64,000 bases of DNA from Styela clava (lineage: Eukaryota). The notes under the pieces are model-generated. The model made no database searches, had not been told where the DNA came from, and saw only the letters and a list, made by a program, of their open reading frames with translations. Below are positions 10,911 to 22,503 of this stretch, one piece after another. Positions within the stretch are counted from its first letter, which is position 1. Every line of letters begins with the position of its first letter. The position numbers and the translations under genes are program-made. The stretch lies in the NCBI RefSeq assembly GCF_964204865.1, contig NC_135250.1:24304001-24368000 (forward strand), read 5' to 3'.

Positions 10911-11791
10911 GAGAGAGAAAAACTTTATTTCCACAAAACAATGTTAAAAAAGGATAACAGTACATATTTTTATGAAAATACAGTGCAGTGGATATTCAAA
11001 CATTAAATTGTGATGGTCAGTATGCAAGACCTTCACAGGTCACCGAGGCTCCCGACCATTTTATTTACGCTGTGATCAAACTGTCAGCATGGATTATCAC
11101 GCTATGAAATTATAAAATAAAGACAGAAAAATGAAAAACGAGTCGGCTGATAAAGAAAAACTTTCTACCATTCAACACTTTACATTAGATTCATTGTATA
11201 GTTCAGAGGGCATGTGTAAAAACTCTATATATATTATACTACACTTTCATCAAGTACAATACTAATCAAGTCAACCAGAATACAAACAGTCAACTTTAGA
11301 AAAAAATTTGGCAAAATTAAAATAAAAATTGCTTTGGTATGGACAGGTGGGAGCGATACGCCCATGCGGCATGCATAGGAGTCATCAAAGTCAACTCCTA
11401 CCCTATTTGCTGATGTTGCTGATTATGATGTTGGTCTGGCAAATAACACATTAATAAATTCGATATATTGTAATCCCAGAAAAACTTCACATTGGGTGAG
11501 GGCATATTTTGTTGAAAACTCATTTAAACAATAAATTCTGTGGGCTTTAGATGATGTTAAACAATAATATATACAAACATTCGATATATGAAAAGAGCAA
11601 AAATAAAGATATATAGTCTATATATACAAGCTATGCTGTATACGGTATTAGTGGATGGTGAACTCAAAAAATGTGGTAAAAATGTACCGTATCACCAGCA
11701 TGACAAAAGATTAAATGCAGCTTAGTCAGTTCATGGAATTCCTAACATATTTAAGCCAGTAACCAAATATACCGGTACTACCGGTATAGTA

Positions 11792-12437
11792 CAGTGGTTC
11801 CCAACCTTTCTACCCTGGTGGACCGGTTAAATTAAATTAAATGTACTCGAGGACCGGCAAAAATTGAAATGACCGGAACATAAAAGAATATCGCATATTT
11901 GCGTAATACAATGCAACGTCGGGCACTCAATATGCATCTAGACAAAAAGGCACACTTAAAAAAACATCAATTAACTAAAAATTTTGCTGCTGTTTAGTTT
12001 CCAATATGGGATTGCAAACGATGCCTCAAGGAAGTTTCTGCAACACGTAGCCCTGCAGCGGCGTGCAACCAATTTCCTTGCTTCGCTTTAATTAAAGCTA
12101 GTGATGAAAATATTTTCATTTAAAAGTAATAAAAATATAAGTAACTCGTTGAAAATACGGACAACAGTTTGATTGCTCGATTACTTAGCGATGGGTATTT
12201 GTTATCAAGAGATATCCAAAATTGTGACAGTGATTCTTTTTTAAATCTGGACTGTAAAGTAGAATCACAATTTGAATCAAGCTTTTTCATTGGGTTTATC
12301 ATATTAATCCCTGCCATGGACCATCCCTGCATGGGATTCGAACCTGCGAACCGACGCAGAGTAATTAGAGGTGCGGTGGCGAGCGTATTCCTAACGCTTA
12401 GCCCGTTGAGCCACACCGCCGCGGTTGGGAACCAATG
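11792..12437 (-). mobile_element. Deleted hAT/Charlie (Buster-type) DNA transposon with transposase C-terminal remnant
   Basis: TIRs CAGTGGTTCCCAACC (11792) and GGTTGGGAACCAATG (ends 12437); degenerate 8-bp TSD gtatagta/ctatggta. Minus strand reads RFKKESLSQFWISLDNKYPSLSNRAIKLLSVFSTSYL, then after a break FSSLALIKAKQGNWL...LRVAETSL, matching the hAT dimerisation domain. Confidence 0.85.
12304..12420 (-). mobile_element. tRNA-derived SINE head (Pol III A and B boxes)
   Basis: Minus strand GGCGGTG-TGGCTCAACGGG (A box) ... GGTTCGAATCCC (B box). The spacing and lack of an acceptor stem do not fit a real tRNA. Confidence 0.7.
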
Positions 12438-12480
12438 CTATGGTATATGTAAAACAGAACACAAGGGAAATTTCTAATTG

Positions 12481-12556
12481 ATCACTAAGCCATCTTATCC
12501 CTTTCCTTTCCCCAGGGATACGGTAAATAGAGAAATACCGGTATGTAAATCCTATG
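12481..12556. repeat. Dispersed repeat (probable SINE 3' part), copy B, inverted relative to copy A and carrying a CCGGTA insertion at a TA
   Basis: Reverse complement reads GGATTTACA-TA-CCGGTA-TTTCTC...GGAAAGGGATAAGATGGCTTA. Confidence 0.6.
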
Positions 12557-12703
12557 CTTTATTGCCTACACTTAACGCTGTAACGTTAAACCATTACCGG
12601 TACCGGTCCTATTTGTTTATACCAAACGCAGTCTTACCCAATAAATTAGCCTACCCACGGGCCACGGCATGTCTGTACAGCTGTATGTTGCGCCAAACCG
12701 GTA

Positions 12704-14604
12704 CCGTAAAACCGGCTAACTTCGGATGATTTCACTATATTTTGAACAATATCTCCGCCGCATGTTGTTCAACTGAAGCCAAATTTGGAATATAATACAT
12801 TGTGGCTATTCTCGTCTTGATAAAGTCGGTTCCATATCCATCAAAGCCTTTTTTCATTGAAATTATTGTCTTTATTCGTCTATTCTAAAATTATCTAACT
12901 TCGGATGGCCACTTTTCTCTTTGCGTCAACTCGTCGTGAGAGAGAAATGTCTGCGTAAGCAATGACGCGTGACAACGTCGCTGAATAGACCTTACGCCGC
13001 CACGACCTGTCTTGCGTGTTGAATACTGACGTTTGTACGTGACGTTACTCTTGCCGCTTCGCGAAGCTTAACTATTTATTCTTGTGTCCTTTATTATAAC
13101 TCGTATATATTTCACTAACTACTCCTAATTTATTGCAAAATGCTAGTTCGTTCTTTTATGATCGTTTATTTTCAATGCAATAAAAGGATTAGCAAAAAAA
13201 AAAAACGGAAGAATTGAAAGTACCTAACACTGGTGTAGGTTGAAATTGAAATGCAATATGGAACAAGTAAAGAATGAACAAAAATTAGACAATTAAAAAT
13301 AAACGGATGAATCGAATGAAACACTGGCAAAAGTAAAAATTGAAATCAAAAAGCAATATGGAACAAGTAAGGTATGAACAAAAAATCGACAGTTAAAAAT
13401 AAACAGATGAATTGAAGGAAACGCTGGCAAAATCAAGAATTGTAATCATTTCCACATGGGTTAGACGGGTCTTGTGGAACCAATGTGTTTCGCTGCAGCT
13501 TTCGCAACCGACCCATTCATCCTCAATTTCCGTACTTCCATTTGGTTCATTCCATAATCCACAAGCAGAGCAGGTTTCGTCTTGATTATCACTTTTCATA
13601 TTTTCTGATTTTCTCAGAGCTCCCCGTTGATCGGCTCGGCAGAGGTTCCTGCCCGGTGTGACTTTCGATCCTCGCTTTCGTTTCACTTAATAAAGTCAAA
13701 TGACAATAAACGGATAAAAACGGCAAAAAGAAACTTTGCCACTTTTTTTCATTTTGCGCCTCACCTGTATGTGGTCCAACCTCCTGCTGTGTGCATGTAT
13801 GTAGAGTTCTACGCTCACCTGTTAAAGATATTATTATCATCTGCCGATCGTAAACAGACATATCTAATCATTATGATCGTATAGATACATGTTTCAGGCC
13901 TAACGTATTACCAATTGCTACGGTATCTATCGGTGTCGGAGGAAGTATGCAAAAACAAAAATCGACAAATTTCATATGCATTAAGCGTATGCATACCCAT
14001 ATTTTTAAATAAACAACATATGACTGAGACGATAGTGATGTTTTTGTAGGATTTAGTGACTAGGATCATGTATAAGCATAATTTTTAAATTTCACAAAAC
14101 TGGGCGCCGCGATGTCTGGCGTTCAAATGTCGCAGCGAGTAACGCACGAGCTACGCAAAGTGACGTCGGCTACGAAGAGAGAGAACGGGATTTGCGTCGT
14201 TGACGTCACGCTGTACGTAATCATCAAAACGTCAATATTTTAATGTAATTTTTAAATCAAAATAACCGATTTCACTCGAATCTCGTACGACACCTTGTGA
14301 TCACTGTATTTTTTTGTATACATTGTGTACGCTCTCTAGCGCTTGGCGGTGATTTGACGAAGGTAGCGTCTGTAGAAGTCACGATTTGAGCCGCTCGAAA
14401 AAACGGTGTCATTTTTTTGGTAAAATATGATTTTTTGAATGATAAAAAATCAAATCGAGCGATTGGAGGCTACGGCAGATTCAGATATGTAAGGCCTTAC
14501 TATAGAAACCGACAGAAGCGCAATACGACGAAATTTAGTTGAGATATGAATGATTGAAAATTTCATCCGAAGTTACAAAGCATCCGAAGTTAGCCGGTTT
14601 TACG
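12704..14604 (-). mobile_element. Non-autonomous pogo/Tc1-mariner-superfamily element (about 1.9 kb) with PHD-finger remnant
   Basis: TA|CCGTAAAACCGGCTAACTTCGGATG at the left end and CATCCGAAGTTAGCCGGTTTTACG|TA at the right (24-bp perfect inverted match, TA target duplication). Extra subterminal TAACTTCGGATG copies near 12896 and 14564. Internal minus ORF 13393..13686 reads CSACG...DEWVGCESC..HWFH (PHD-like). Confidence 0.85.
13243..13432. repeat. Two-copy degenerate tandem duplication (about 95-bp unit) inside the pogo-like element
   Basis: GCAATATGGAACAAGTAA...TTAAAAATAAAC.GATGAAT.GAA.GAAAC.CTGGCAAAA occurs twice. Confidence 0.8.
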
Positions 14605-14998
14605 TACCGTACCGTAACGGCTTACAACTAATACCGGTATCATTTCAGTCGGCACTACTGCTGTACTGAGTAAACGCTAATCACAGAGCGATTGCGTTGT
14701 GAGTTTTCTTTACTGGTACCGGTACCGGTGAGACTTTATGATTTTCACATTTTTGAACACGTAGTGGACATAACGATCGTTTCAATATTATGTTGTTCTT
14801 GTTGTTTGACACAGAATAACACACCTAGTGGAAATATTAAAAAACCGCTTTTCTCTTCGAATACCGGTACTGGACCAATTGCTTTGAAATTTTAATTGGT
14901 TGAAGATAAAATTTTTTCCCAGAAGGCTATTACTTTTATTCATTTTAAATATTTCTGTTAGCTCTGTGATATTTGTTTTTGTTTGCCATGATGTCGGA

Positions 14999-15078
14999 CG
15001 CCATTTTGTGTCCTACTGTACTGCTTCGCTTGGTGTGAACAATGACATTAAACAACATGATAGGCAACTCTGACGTCA
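14999..15078 (-). promoter_or_regulatory. Candidate HTT promoter (YY1-like CAAAATGGCG and CRE TGACGTCA)
   Basis: CGCCATTTTG at 14999-15008 and TGACGTCA at 15071-15078 in a locally CpG-richer patch about 4.5 kb upstream of the HTT ATG. A minus-strand splice-acceptor-like TTTTTTCTTCAG lies at 10604-10615. Assignment to HTT is inference. Confidence 0.3.
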
Positions 15079-16332
15079 CTCCATAAGACTACAGGCAAAA
15101 CATTGTATTTCATGATACGCTCCAATGCACATATTTCTCGTCGCCTTTCGCGTCCGTTTTCCGCTCGCTTTTGCTACTCGGCGTCTTTTTTACGTGTAGT
15201 ACCTGCCTTTTTGCGCCTGTAACGAAACAAAATAATCTCTATATCTAAGAAGTTTTGCTTACTTGGAAAGCTGGAATAACAGGCAAGCTGTAAAGAGCAA
15301 TTCTGGACATCATAGACGTTTTTTTTTATCAGAAAAGATTACAAACGCGATAGCGGATTATTTTCTTCAATTTCAAATGCAATTACATATTAATATTTGC
15401 ATTCCACTATTATTGCAACATTTGCAAGTTACAGTATTTATTATAAAAAATCGTAAAATTCTATGTACAACCATCAAAATCATATTTGAACAAGCTTTGA
15501 ATAAGGAAAGAAAAATACATACACTGAAAATAACTTAATCTAAATATATGAACCTAAAATTAACAAAAATACTACAGTATAAACTCAATGTTTTAATAAT
15601 TACATTCGTCCTGGCGTTTGGCATCTTTTTTGTGTCACCAGCATACTAAGGCCAGTCTGAAATGATTTTATAGTACCAACTCTAACTAACGAGGCCACAT
15701 GATCATGGGTTTATCTGGATCTTTACGAATGTTTAATTAATTCCAGTAATGCAAAAAAGTTACTTTTATCATTTCATGTATAGATCAGTAAAAAAACAAA
15801 TGACAGATTTTTCCGACAAGACATTTCGCACTACATTGCGTGGCATAGGATTGCTTGAATTATTATTGATTTTGATTTTTAGTAACTAAGTCGTTGTATA
15901 ATTATATTAATATACAAACACATGGAAATTTTCTGTTCGAAGTTGGTCTTCGAATTTGTCATATTGACTGCTGAGCTTATTGTGTTTTTTGATTGTATTG
16001 ATGGAAATATGACAAATTAAACAATGTGCTTCAGAATTTTGTGAAGAGCAGAAATGTTACAACTCCCATTTTCTTCGAAAATGCCACCTTCTTCGTGTAC
16101 TTTGCGTTTAATTTAATTACTCAAGTGTTTTATTCAAGTATTCTTTTGCTAGCTTGATGTGTATTCTTAATTGGGTCAAAATGTGGACAAAAAAAATTAA
16201 TATTCCAAAACTACTTTCAGTAAATTGTTTTCTGTGTGAATAATCAATTTCACTTTAGAAGGTTTGAAAATTCTATTACATTTAGATAAAAAAAAAACTT
16301 CCAAAATACTATTACAATTATTGTTAAGCGTT

Positions 16333-16380
16333 CGAGGGCCGCACTGGAAGTTCTCTGGGGCCGCGAGTTTGAGATCCCTG
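16333..16380. mobile_element. hAT-type MITE terminus
   Basis: GGGCCGC...GGGCCGCGAGTTTGAGATCCCTG followed by GTCTAGAT (Charlie-type TIR CAGGG.TCTCAAAC and NTCTAGAN target). The partner end was not found. Confidence 0.5.
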
Positions 16381-19300
16381 GTCTAGATTGAAGTTGTTCA
16401 AAAAATATATTATAGTATTTTATCATGAATGATGATTATACCCCTTTCGGAATTTCTTCTATAGTACTACCAAAAGTTGATGAACCAAATATAACACAGG
16501 TGCAGTGAGGTACCCGTAATCCTCATTTCCAAAGCTGTTTTAAGTATGTCTGGCGTGTTTTGTGCCTTTTTACAAATAAGACCGCTTATGCAATCTTACG
16601 CTTTGGAATTTTTAGTTATTTTCCTAAAGCCCTGCAGGATGTGGGGGCCATACACAACTCTACCGGAGGGTCAAATGTCTTTGCATGCCTCCATAGGTTG
16701 TTTTTCTATTGCAATTTTCTATTTTCAATTGCATTATATTTCTTGGAATCACACTGTCACTGATATGTCGCCAGACTTCTGATATCTCCACGTCTGCTAT
16801 AGTTGTCCTGTGAATAAATAATAGGAAATTGAGATTAGACGAATAGTTGAAAGTTTTGCTTTATGTCGGCTTAATTTCTTGATTGATATACTTACTATTT
16901 CTGCTATTGCCTCTTGTGCTGCAAGAGTCTCACAATGCTTAGACAGGTTTGTCCACAACTTTCACATCTGAAGAAAAAGAGGAGATTTATTAATTTTCGT
17001 TAAGAATAAATAAAGCAGTCTATATGATTCAGAATGGAAAAGCTAATAAATCCAATATCTCATGTTTTATTTAAAAAATATTTTACTGAATTTTGGAAAA
17101 TAAACCAACTAATAAAAGGGTTTAGTCAGAAAATTACAAGCATTCGTGGCTCCAAATACTTGAGAAATCAGACTATACAATATAGACCGGTATGAGTGAC
17201 ATGTTAGGTGAACTTGTTAACACTTTGATTAAATACGCAAATAAAAGTGAATGCGTAATAGTATGTTACAATGAGCAGCAATCAACAATGAGTATATATC
17301 CTCACTGATTAAAAAAAATCTAACTGGAGGTGCATGAACTATTTGAAACCATAAGGAGTAAGTAAATATGTAATTTCGGCAAATGGGCAACTACGTACCG
17401 TACTGAATTAATAACTTCGTAGTATTTGACAAAGGCTGGCTTTCCCACATGTACTTAACAGTGCGATGCCCGGGTGTGATATACAACAATAGTATTCACC
17501 TTACCTTTTACCGATTTCTTTTTACCCCAACTTTCAAAAATATCATTAAAATCGACAACAACTGTCAAAGCAGGCACGAACACCATTCGTGCTACGCCTT
17601 GAAAGCAGCACACATCCGCTCGTTTTCGTCTCGTCAAGTATGTGCATTGGAGCGTGCTATCGAATACGATCTTCGGACAAAAATGCCGGAGTTGCGCATC
17701 ATGTTGTTTAATGTCATTGGTGTGAATATATTTGTAGACTGTGATTTGACGGTACGGTAAACTGTACTGTACTGCGAAGGTACCGGTACCGAACTGGTCG
17801 CCGGTAACTGGTCGCAAGGTACTGCACATTTGTGAAGAGTCATATTGTTTATTGCAATATTTTTTAGTTTATAAAAATCCAATAAAAAAATAAAAAAGAA
17901 GAGTCAGCTTCAACAATGGCTACCGGTACTGAATAATTGGCGACGAAAAGCGTTTATCCCAGGGCACTAGGAAAAAGAAAGAACGAAAATGTGGCTTTAT
18001 CATACGGATAAGTGAACAACAGCCTTACTTCCGGTTACATGACCCATGTCCGGTATGAGGACAGTTGAAATTTAATTCGAATGAAATTAATTAAAAGTAC
18101 AGGTATGTTATCTACACGGAAAGTTCGGAAAGCACTGCTCTAGCTGGAGTAACAAATAGACTTCATATTTGCAAGTGGAATTTCGACAGAAGAATAGGGC
18201 ACAGGTAGTGTTTCAATGGGCACTGGTCTCTGACCAAGACGGAATCTTAATTGCAAATACCAAATTACATATTATGTAATATTTTGATTGATAAGTTTTG
18301 TCCTAAAAACACCACGCACTAAATGTTAATTCTAAAAATGTTTTTGTATTTTACGTAATGCTAATAGATGTTACCCCGGTTTTTGTCCCCAGAATATTTC
18401 CTACATATGTATATACTTTACTAGTTTACTTATGCGAAATTTTTATGCCTATCATCAAATAATTTTTATTTTCAATACTAAGAATTTTCAACCACCACCA
18501 TTAAAATGTACCTGCAGCTATATGTCATCTTTTTCTGGCATTTTAACAGCAAACTAAAATTGACTAAGATACAAAATGACCACCGCTAGTTAGATTTACA
18601 CTTACAATTTGAGTCACAAAAATAGAACTGAAAAATATTTAACAATATCACTTATGAACACACATATCCATCTGTTCTATAACAACCTTATTTATTACCA
18701 TGCATCATTCTGGTTTGGGCGACTTTATCTGATCTCGAACCACATTGCCAATAAGAAAAAGTTAACATTCTTAAATAGCGTATGGATCATAATAAGTTCA
18801 AAAACTATACAGATAAGAAATTATTTAGCAACATCTTTCCTAACACACATATATAAAAATTCTCGGAAGAGATGAGGTTCGAAATTTTCGAAAACATGTT
18901 TTTTTTATTCAACTGTCTGAAATATATATCCTTCTTTTGGAAAACCATAACGAACTTACAGCTCTAAAAAAACAGTTTTATAACAGTTACGGTTTATAAA
19001 GATGGTGTAGGCGAGAATTTAAACATTTCGTTACCTATATTTGGAATAATGTGCTGTAACAGCCTCTTGTTGGCTTGGCCTTACCTGGCGTGACCTTCTA
19101 TGTTTGTTGACCTACAACTTGAAACAGAAGGCCTGTAAAGTACAACAACATTGAGAATTGAAAAGTGAAGGTTGAATTAGGATAATTCTCGTCGTATATA
19201 TTATAACGTTAGATTATTCTAACAATAGAAGATGAATGAACAGGCCCGAAGAAGTTTGCTTCATATCTGTATTCTCCATGCAGTCTAGTTATACGTTGTA

Positions 19301-22285
19301 TGCAATATTTTTCTTCCTTTTTTTTGTCTCCTATAATAAATATAAATTCTTAGAGTTACGGTAGGCTTTCAAGTGCAAACGGGATCAGATAGTTTCACAA
19401 TTTGACATTCAAAACTTGGTTTTCGTGCAACAACTTGTCTTTGTGAGACTTTGTGATTCAGTGCATTGTGAAATCAAAAATGTAGCACCAAAATGGAGAT
19501 GACTAGCGGCTATACTTAGAGAAAGCCTCGTACGATTTTGAAAACTTGCTGGTGGCAAACAAGCGCATCTTTCTCATAAGTGCAATTTCGAAGAAATTTT
19601 TGATAAAACAAATGCTATATGTATAAGGTGATAATAGGGTAAATATTGACTTAGCTATGGCAGTACAACAACATGGTCTTTATTTATATGTGAAAACAAT
19701 CCCGGATTAATTATGTATCTCAATAATAATAGATAGCACAAAAAAATGAGATGATTTTTTTCCAGCAACATCAATCACCCTAATATCAACAGCAAAAATT
19801 TACCAGGTACTATTCACACACTTCAATACATTCAAATTTTGGATTCCTCTATCCACGACGAATGTTTTACTTATCAGCAGTAGCTTGGCTCCTGAGCCAT
19901 TCTCGCCCCTGCATTGAAACAAATTAAAATGTCTAAGGCGATCCTTTACCCGACTTGGACTGTGTATGAAAACATGTTTATATTTATATATATCCGATAC
20001 TTTAAATGCCTGTCATTCCTAACTCGAAAATGATTCGCGACTGTTTTGTTTGGCTTAAAAACTGACTTGATTTGTCCTCAAATATATATATTCCTTTGTC
20101 GCGCAGCTCACTCAACAAAGAGTCTTGTTATTTACCTGATACAACTTTTTACGCTAAAGAAAGCGATAAAATCATTGATCAATCTGGTCTGAGCATTAGT
20201 TAGAACGTTTCTAAAACAATACCAATTTTGGAATACCTTACTATCCTTGTACCTACAGCTTCACTCAAGAACGCGAATTGAAAAGTGACGGTGGAAATAA
20301 TTCAGCAAATTCGTAAGTACGTTACTATATTTTAACTTCACAATCAGCGCAATGAGATATATTGGTAGCATGATTGAGACGTCACGAAAGCACATGGATC
20401 CTGTAATTAAGCTTGAAACGTATGAAATAGTTTAGTAAGTTACCTGTACCGCAGTCTTCTTTTAATCACTGAAGCGATTTTTTTCACAACAAGAAGAAGA
20501 AAAGAAATACTAACAAGAACGATATAATAACGAAACGACCCGCTAACCGGCAGTTCTGATGAATATTTCCAATGCGACACGCCGGCAGCATTGATTGATA
20601 AAGTGCCAATACGCCAATGAAAAGCCAAATGCAAATAGTTCTGACGATTTCGAAAAAGTCAAAGTTCTATAGGAAATGTATATGTACAGCTGTATTGTAA
20701 AAGAGAATCATCTTTGAGCGAAACTGCTGGTGATCACTAAAATGCCAAGAGCTATTGAGACAAAAATTATTATAGTATAGAATGATTTATGTGAACGCAT
20801 TGCTGGATGTTGCCCAATATTCCATAATTTGAAACATAACTTCAGAAGAGTAAATTATATATGTTATGATTTTACGCGATTATGAGGGAATGTTATGTTT
20901 ACATTCTTGAGGCGTTAGTATTCTGGTTCGAGTGTATTTGGTATTTTGTACCCCGAGGTCAAAAGACAACTCATTCTCTATTGACTCAGATCATCGAATT
21001 CCTGAAAGGTGATACATCAGGATCGACTGTCAGTTATGAAAGATAATTGTTTAGAAAGCTGAAATACTATGTTCAAGTGCAGAATTTCAAATCGAGTAAG
21101 TTTTGTATTCGTTTGGCATAACTCTTAGCTTCATTCGGGTTTCCCTTTCGACACAAGTTCAAATTGAGCCAACGTATTGTGGAATTATTACATTTAGTCA
21201 TCAATTCTCTAGAACAGAATGTCACAGGCCGTGAAACATGAATAACACTATTCATTCAATTAGATTATTTTAAGATTTAGATACAAAGTTTTAAGGCTGG
21301 GCTTGTACTTTCGGTTTCAAGCCAAGTTTCCACCTAGATGAGGAGCTAGCTTACTTCCCTCTTTTGTACATTCTTGAGTGTACTTGTTTGGATCGAATAC
21401 TGGAAAAATGTACACATGTCTCATAAATTTATTTATTGTGTGTATCTTTAGACCGTATTACCTATTAGCAACCAGTTTGTAAATTGAGAAGCCTGGAAAT
21501 GCACGAAGTCAAGAGTTACCGTGTTTTATGTTTCCAAACTAGATCCATCTAAGGCTATGCAAGCTAGTTATTACTATTTGATTGAACGAACATTCTTAAG
21601 GAATGAAGTCGACCGGAAAATCTTCCGTCACGTGCGTGTGACTGCTTAAAAGTAAAAAAAAATCACTTAATTTTTGCGTAATCGTTACCACAATTCTAAA
21701 TTATTTCAGAGGCCCGAAATGGTCATTAAAATGTTGTACCGAGCGGATCCATCATTACCTATGCAATTATCCATGCCCCTGTCTCCTAATAGATTATTAT
21801 AAATGGATTAAAACTATCATATTCCGGCATACTTGAAATTACACTTTGATTCATAAAGTTTTTTTTATCAGTCATTACGAGTTATTCCCAGTAATAAGTT
21901 TTGTTTGTGGTCTCTCTTATGTTCTTACCTAAGATAACGCGCATAACATCTTGTGATTTTGGTTTGGACATTATTCTGTACTAACAGGAATAGTAGTGCG
22001 CGGTATGATTTCGATTTTTCAGAAAGAAGAACATATTTTAAACTGAAGCAATGATTTATCTAGACGTTTGGGCAAAAATGTCTTGTCTTAATGCGTCTAC
22101 ATTTTCAAGTATATATTGATATATATTTACCAAGTATGGCTTGTCCATTGTGTTGCATTCCTTTGCGTGTCGCATATGACTCGAAAGCATGAGATTAAAC
22201 AACACCAGATATATATTTTAAATGTTTGATGATGCGTGATTTAGTTATGACGAAGCCATTTTAGTAAAACATATGTGATTCAGCC

Positions 22286-22503
22286 GGCGCTCCAGAAGTG
22301 TGAACCAATATGGAGGTAACTAATTTTGTTCGCCTACTTTACATCGAGTTGTGTAAAGGGACTGAAGCCCATGGGCAGGGGTATTTCACTTGGCTAACAC
22401 AGACAGTCCCGGAACTCGTAATGAAACTAAAATGAGGAAAATCGGAATAAAATTATGGCCTAACCCTAACCCAGTAACCTGGTACACACACTACGGGAGT
22501 ACC
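22286..22503. mobile_element. Small non-autonomous repeat family with TAACCC motifs, copy 1
   Basis: CTCCAGAAGTGTG...TAACTAATTTTGTTCGCCTACTT...GGAATAAAATTATGGCCTAACCCTAAC...CTGGTACACACACTACGGGAGTACC; aligns with 38788..38966 and 60909..61143. Confidence 0.75.

Noticed and set aside
12120-12416. 98-aa ORF as a functional gene
   Set aside because: A chimera of SINE sequence and a transposase fragment with a non-ATG start and a broken continuation.
12304-12420. tRNA gene
   Set aside because: A and B boxes are present, but there is no acceptor stem or cloverleaf; better explained as a SINE head.
13393-13686. Stand-alone PHD-finger gene
   Set aside because: Lies inside TIR-bounded DNA, has a non-ATG start and lacks the final zinc ligands; treated as a transposase relic.
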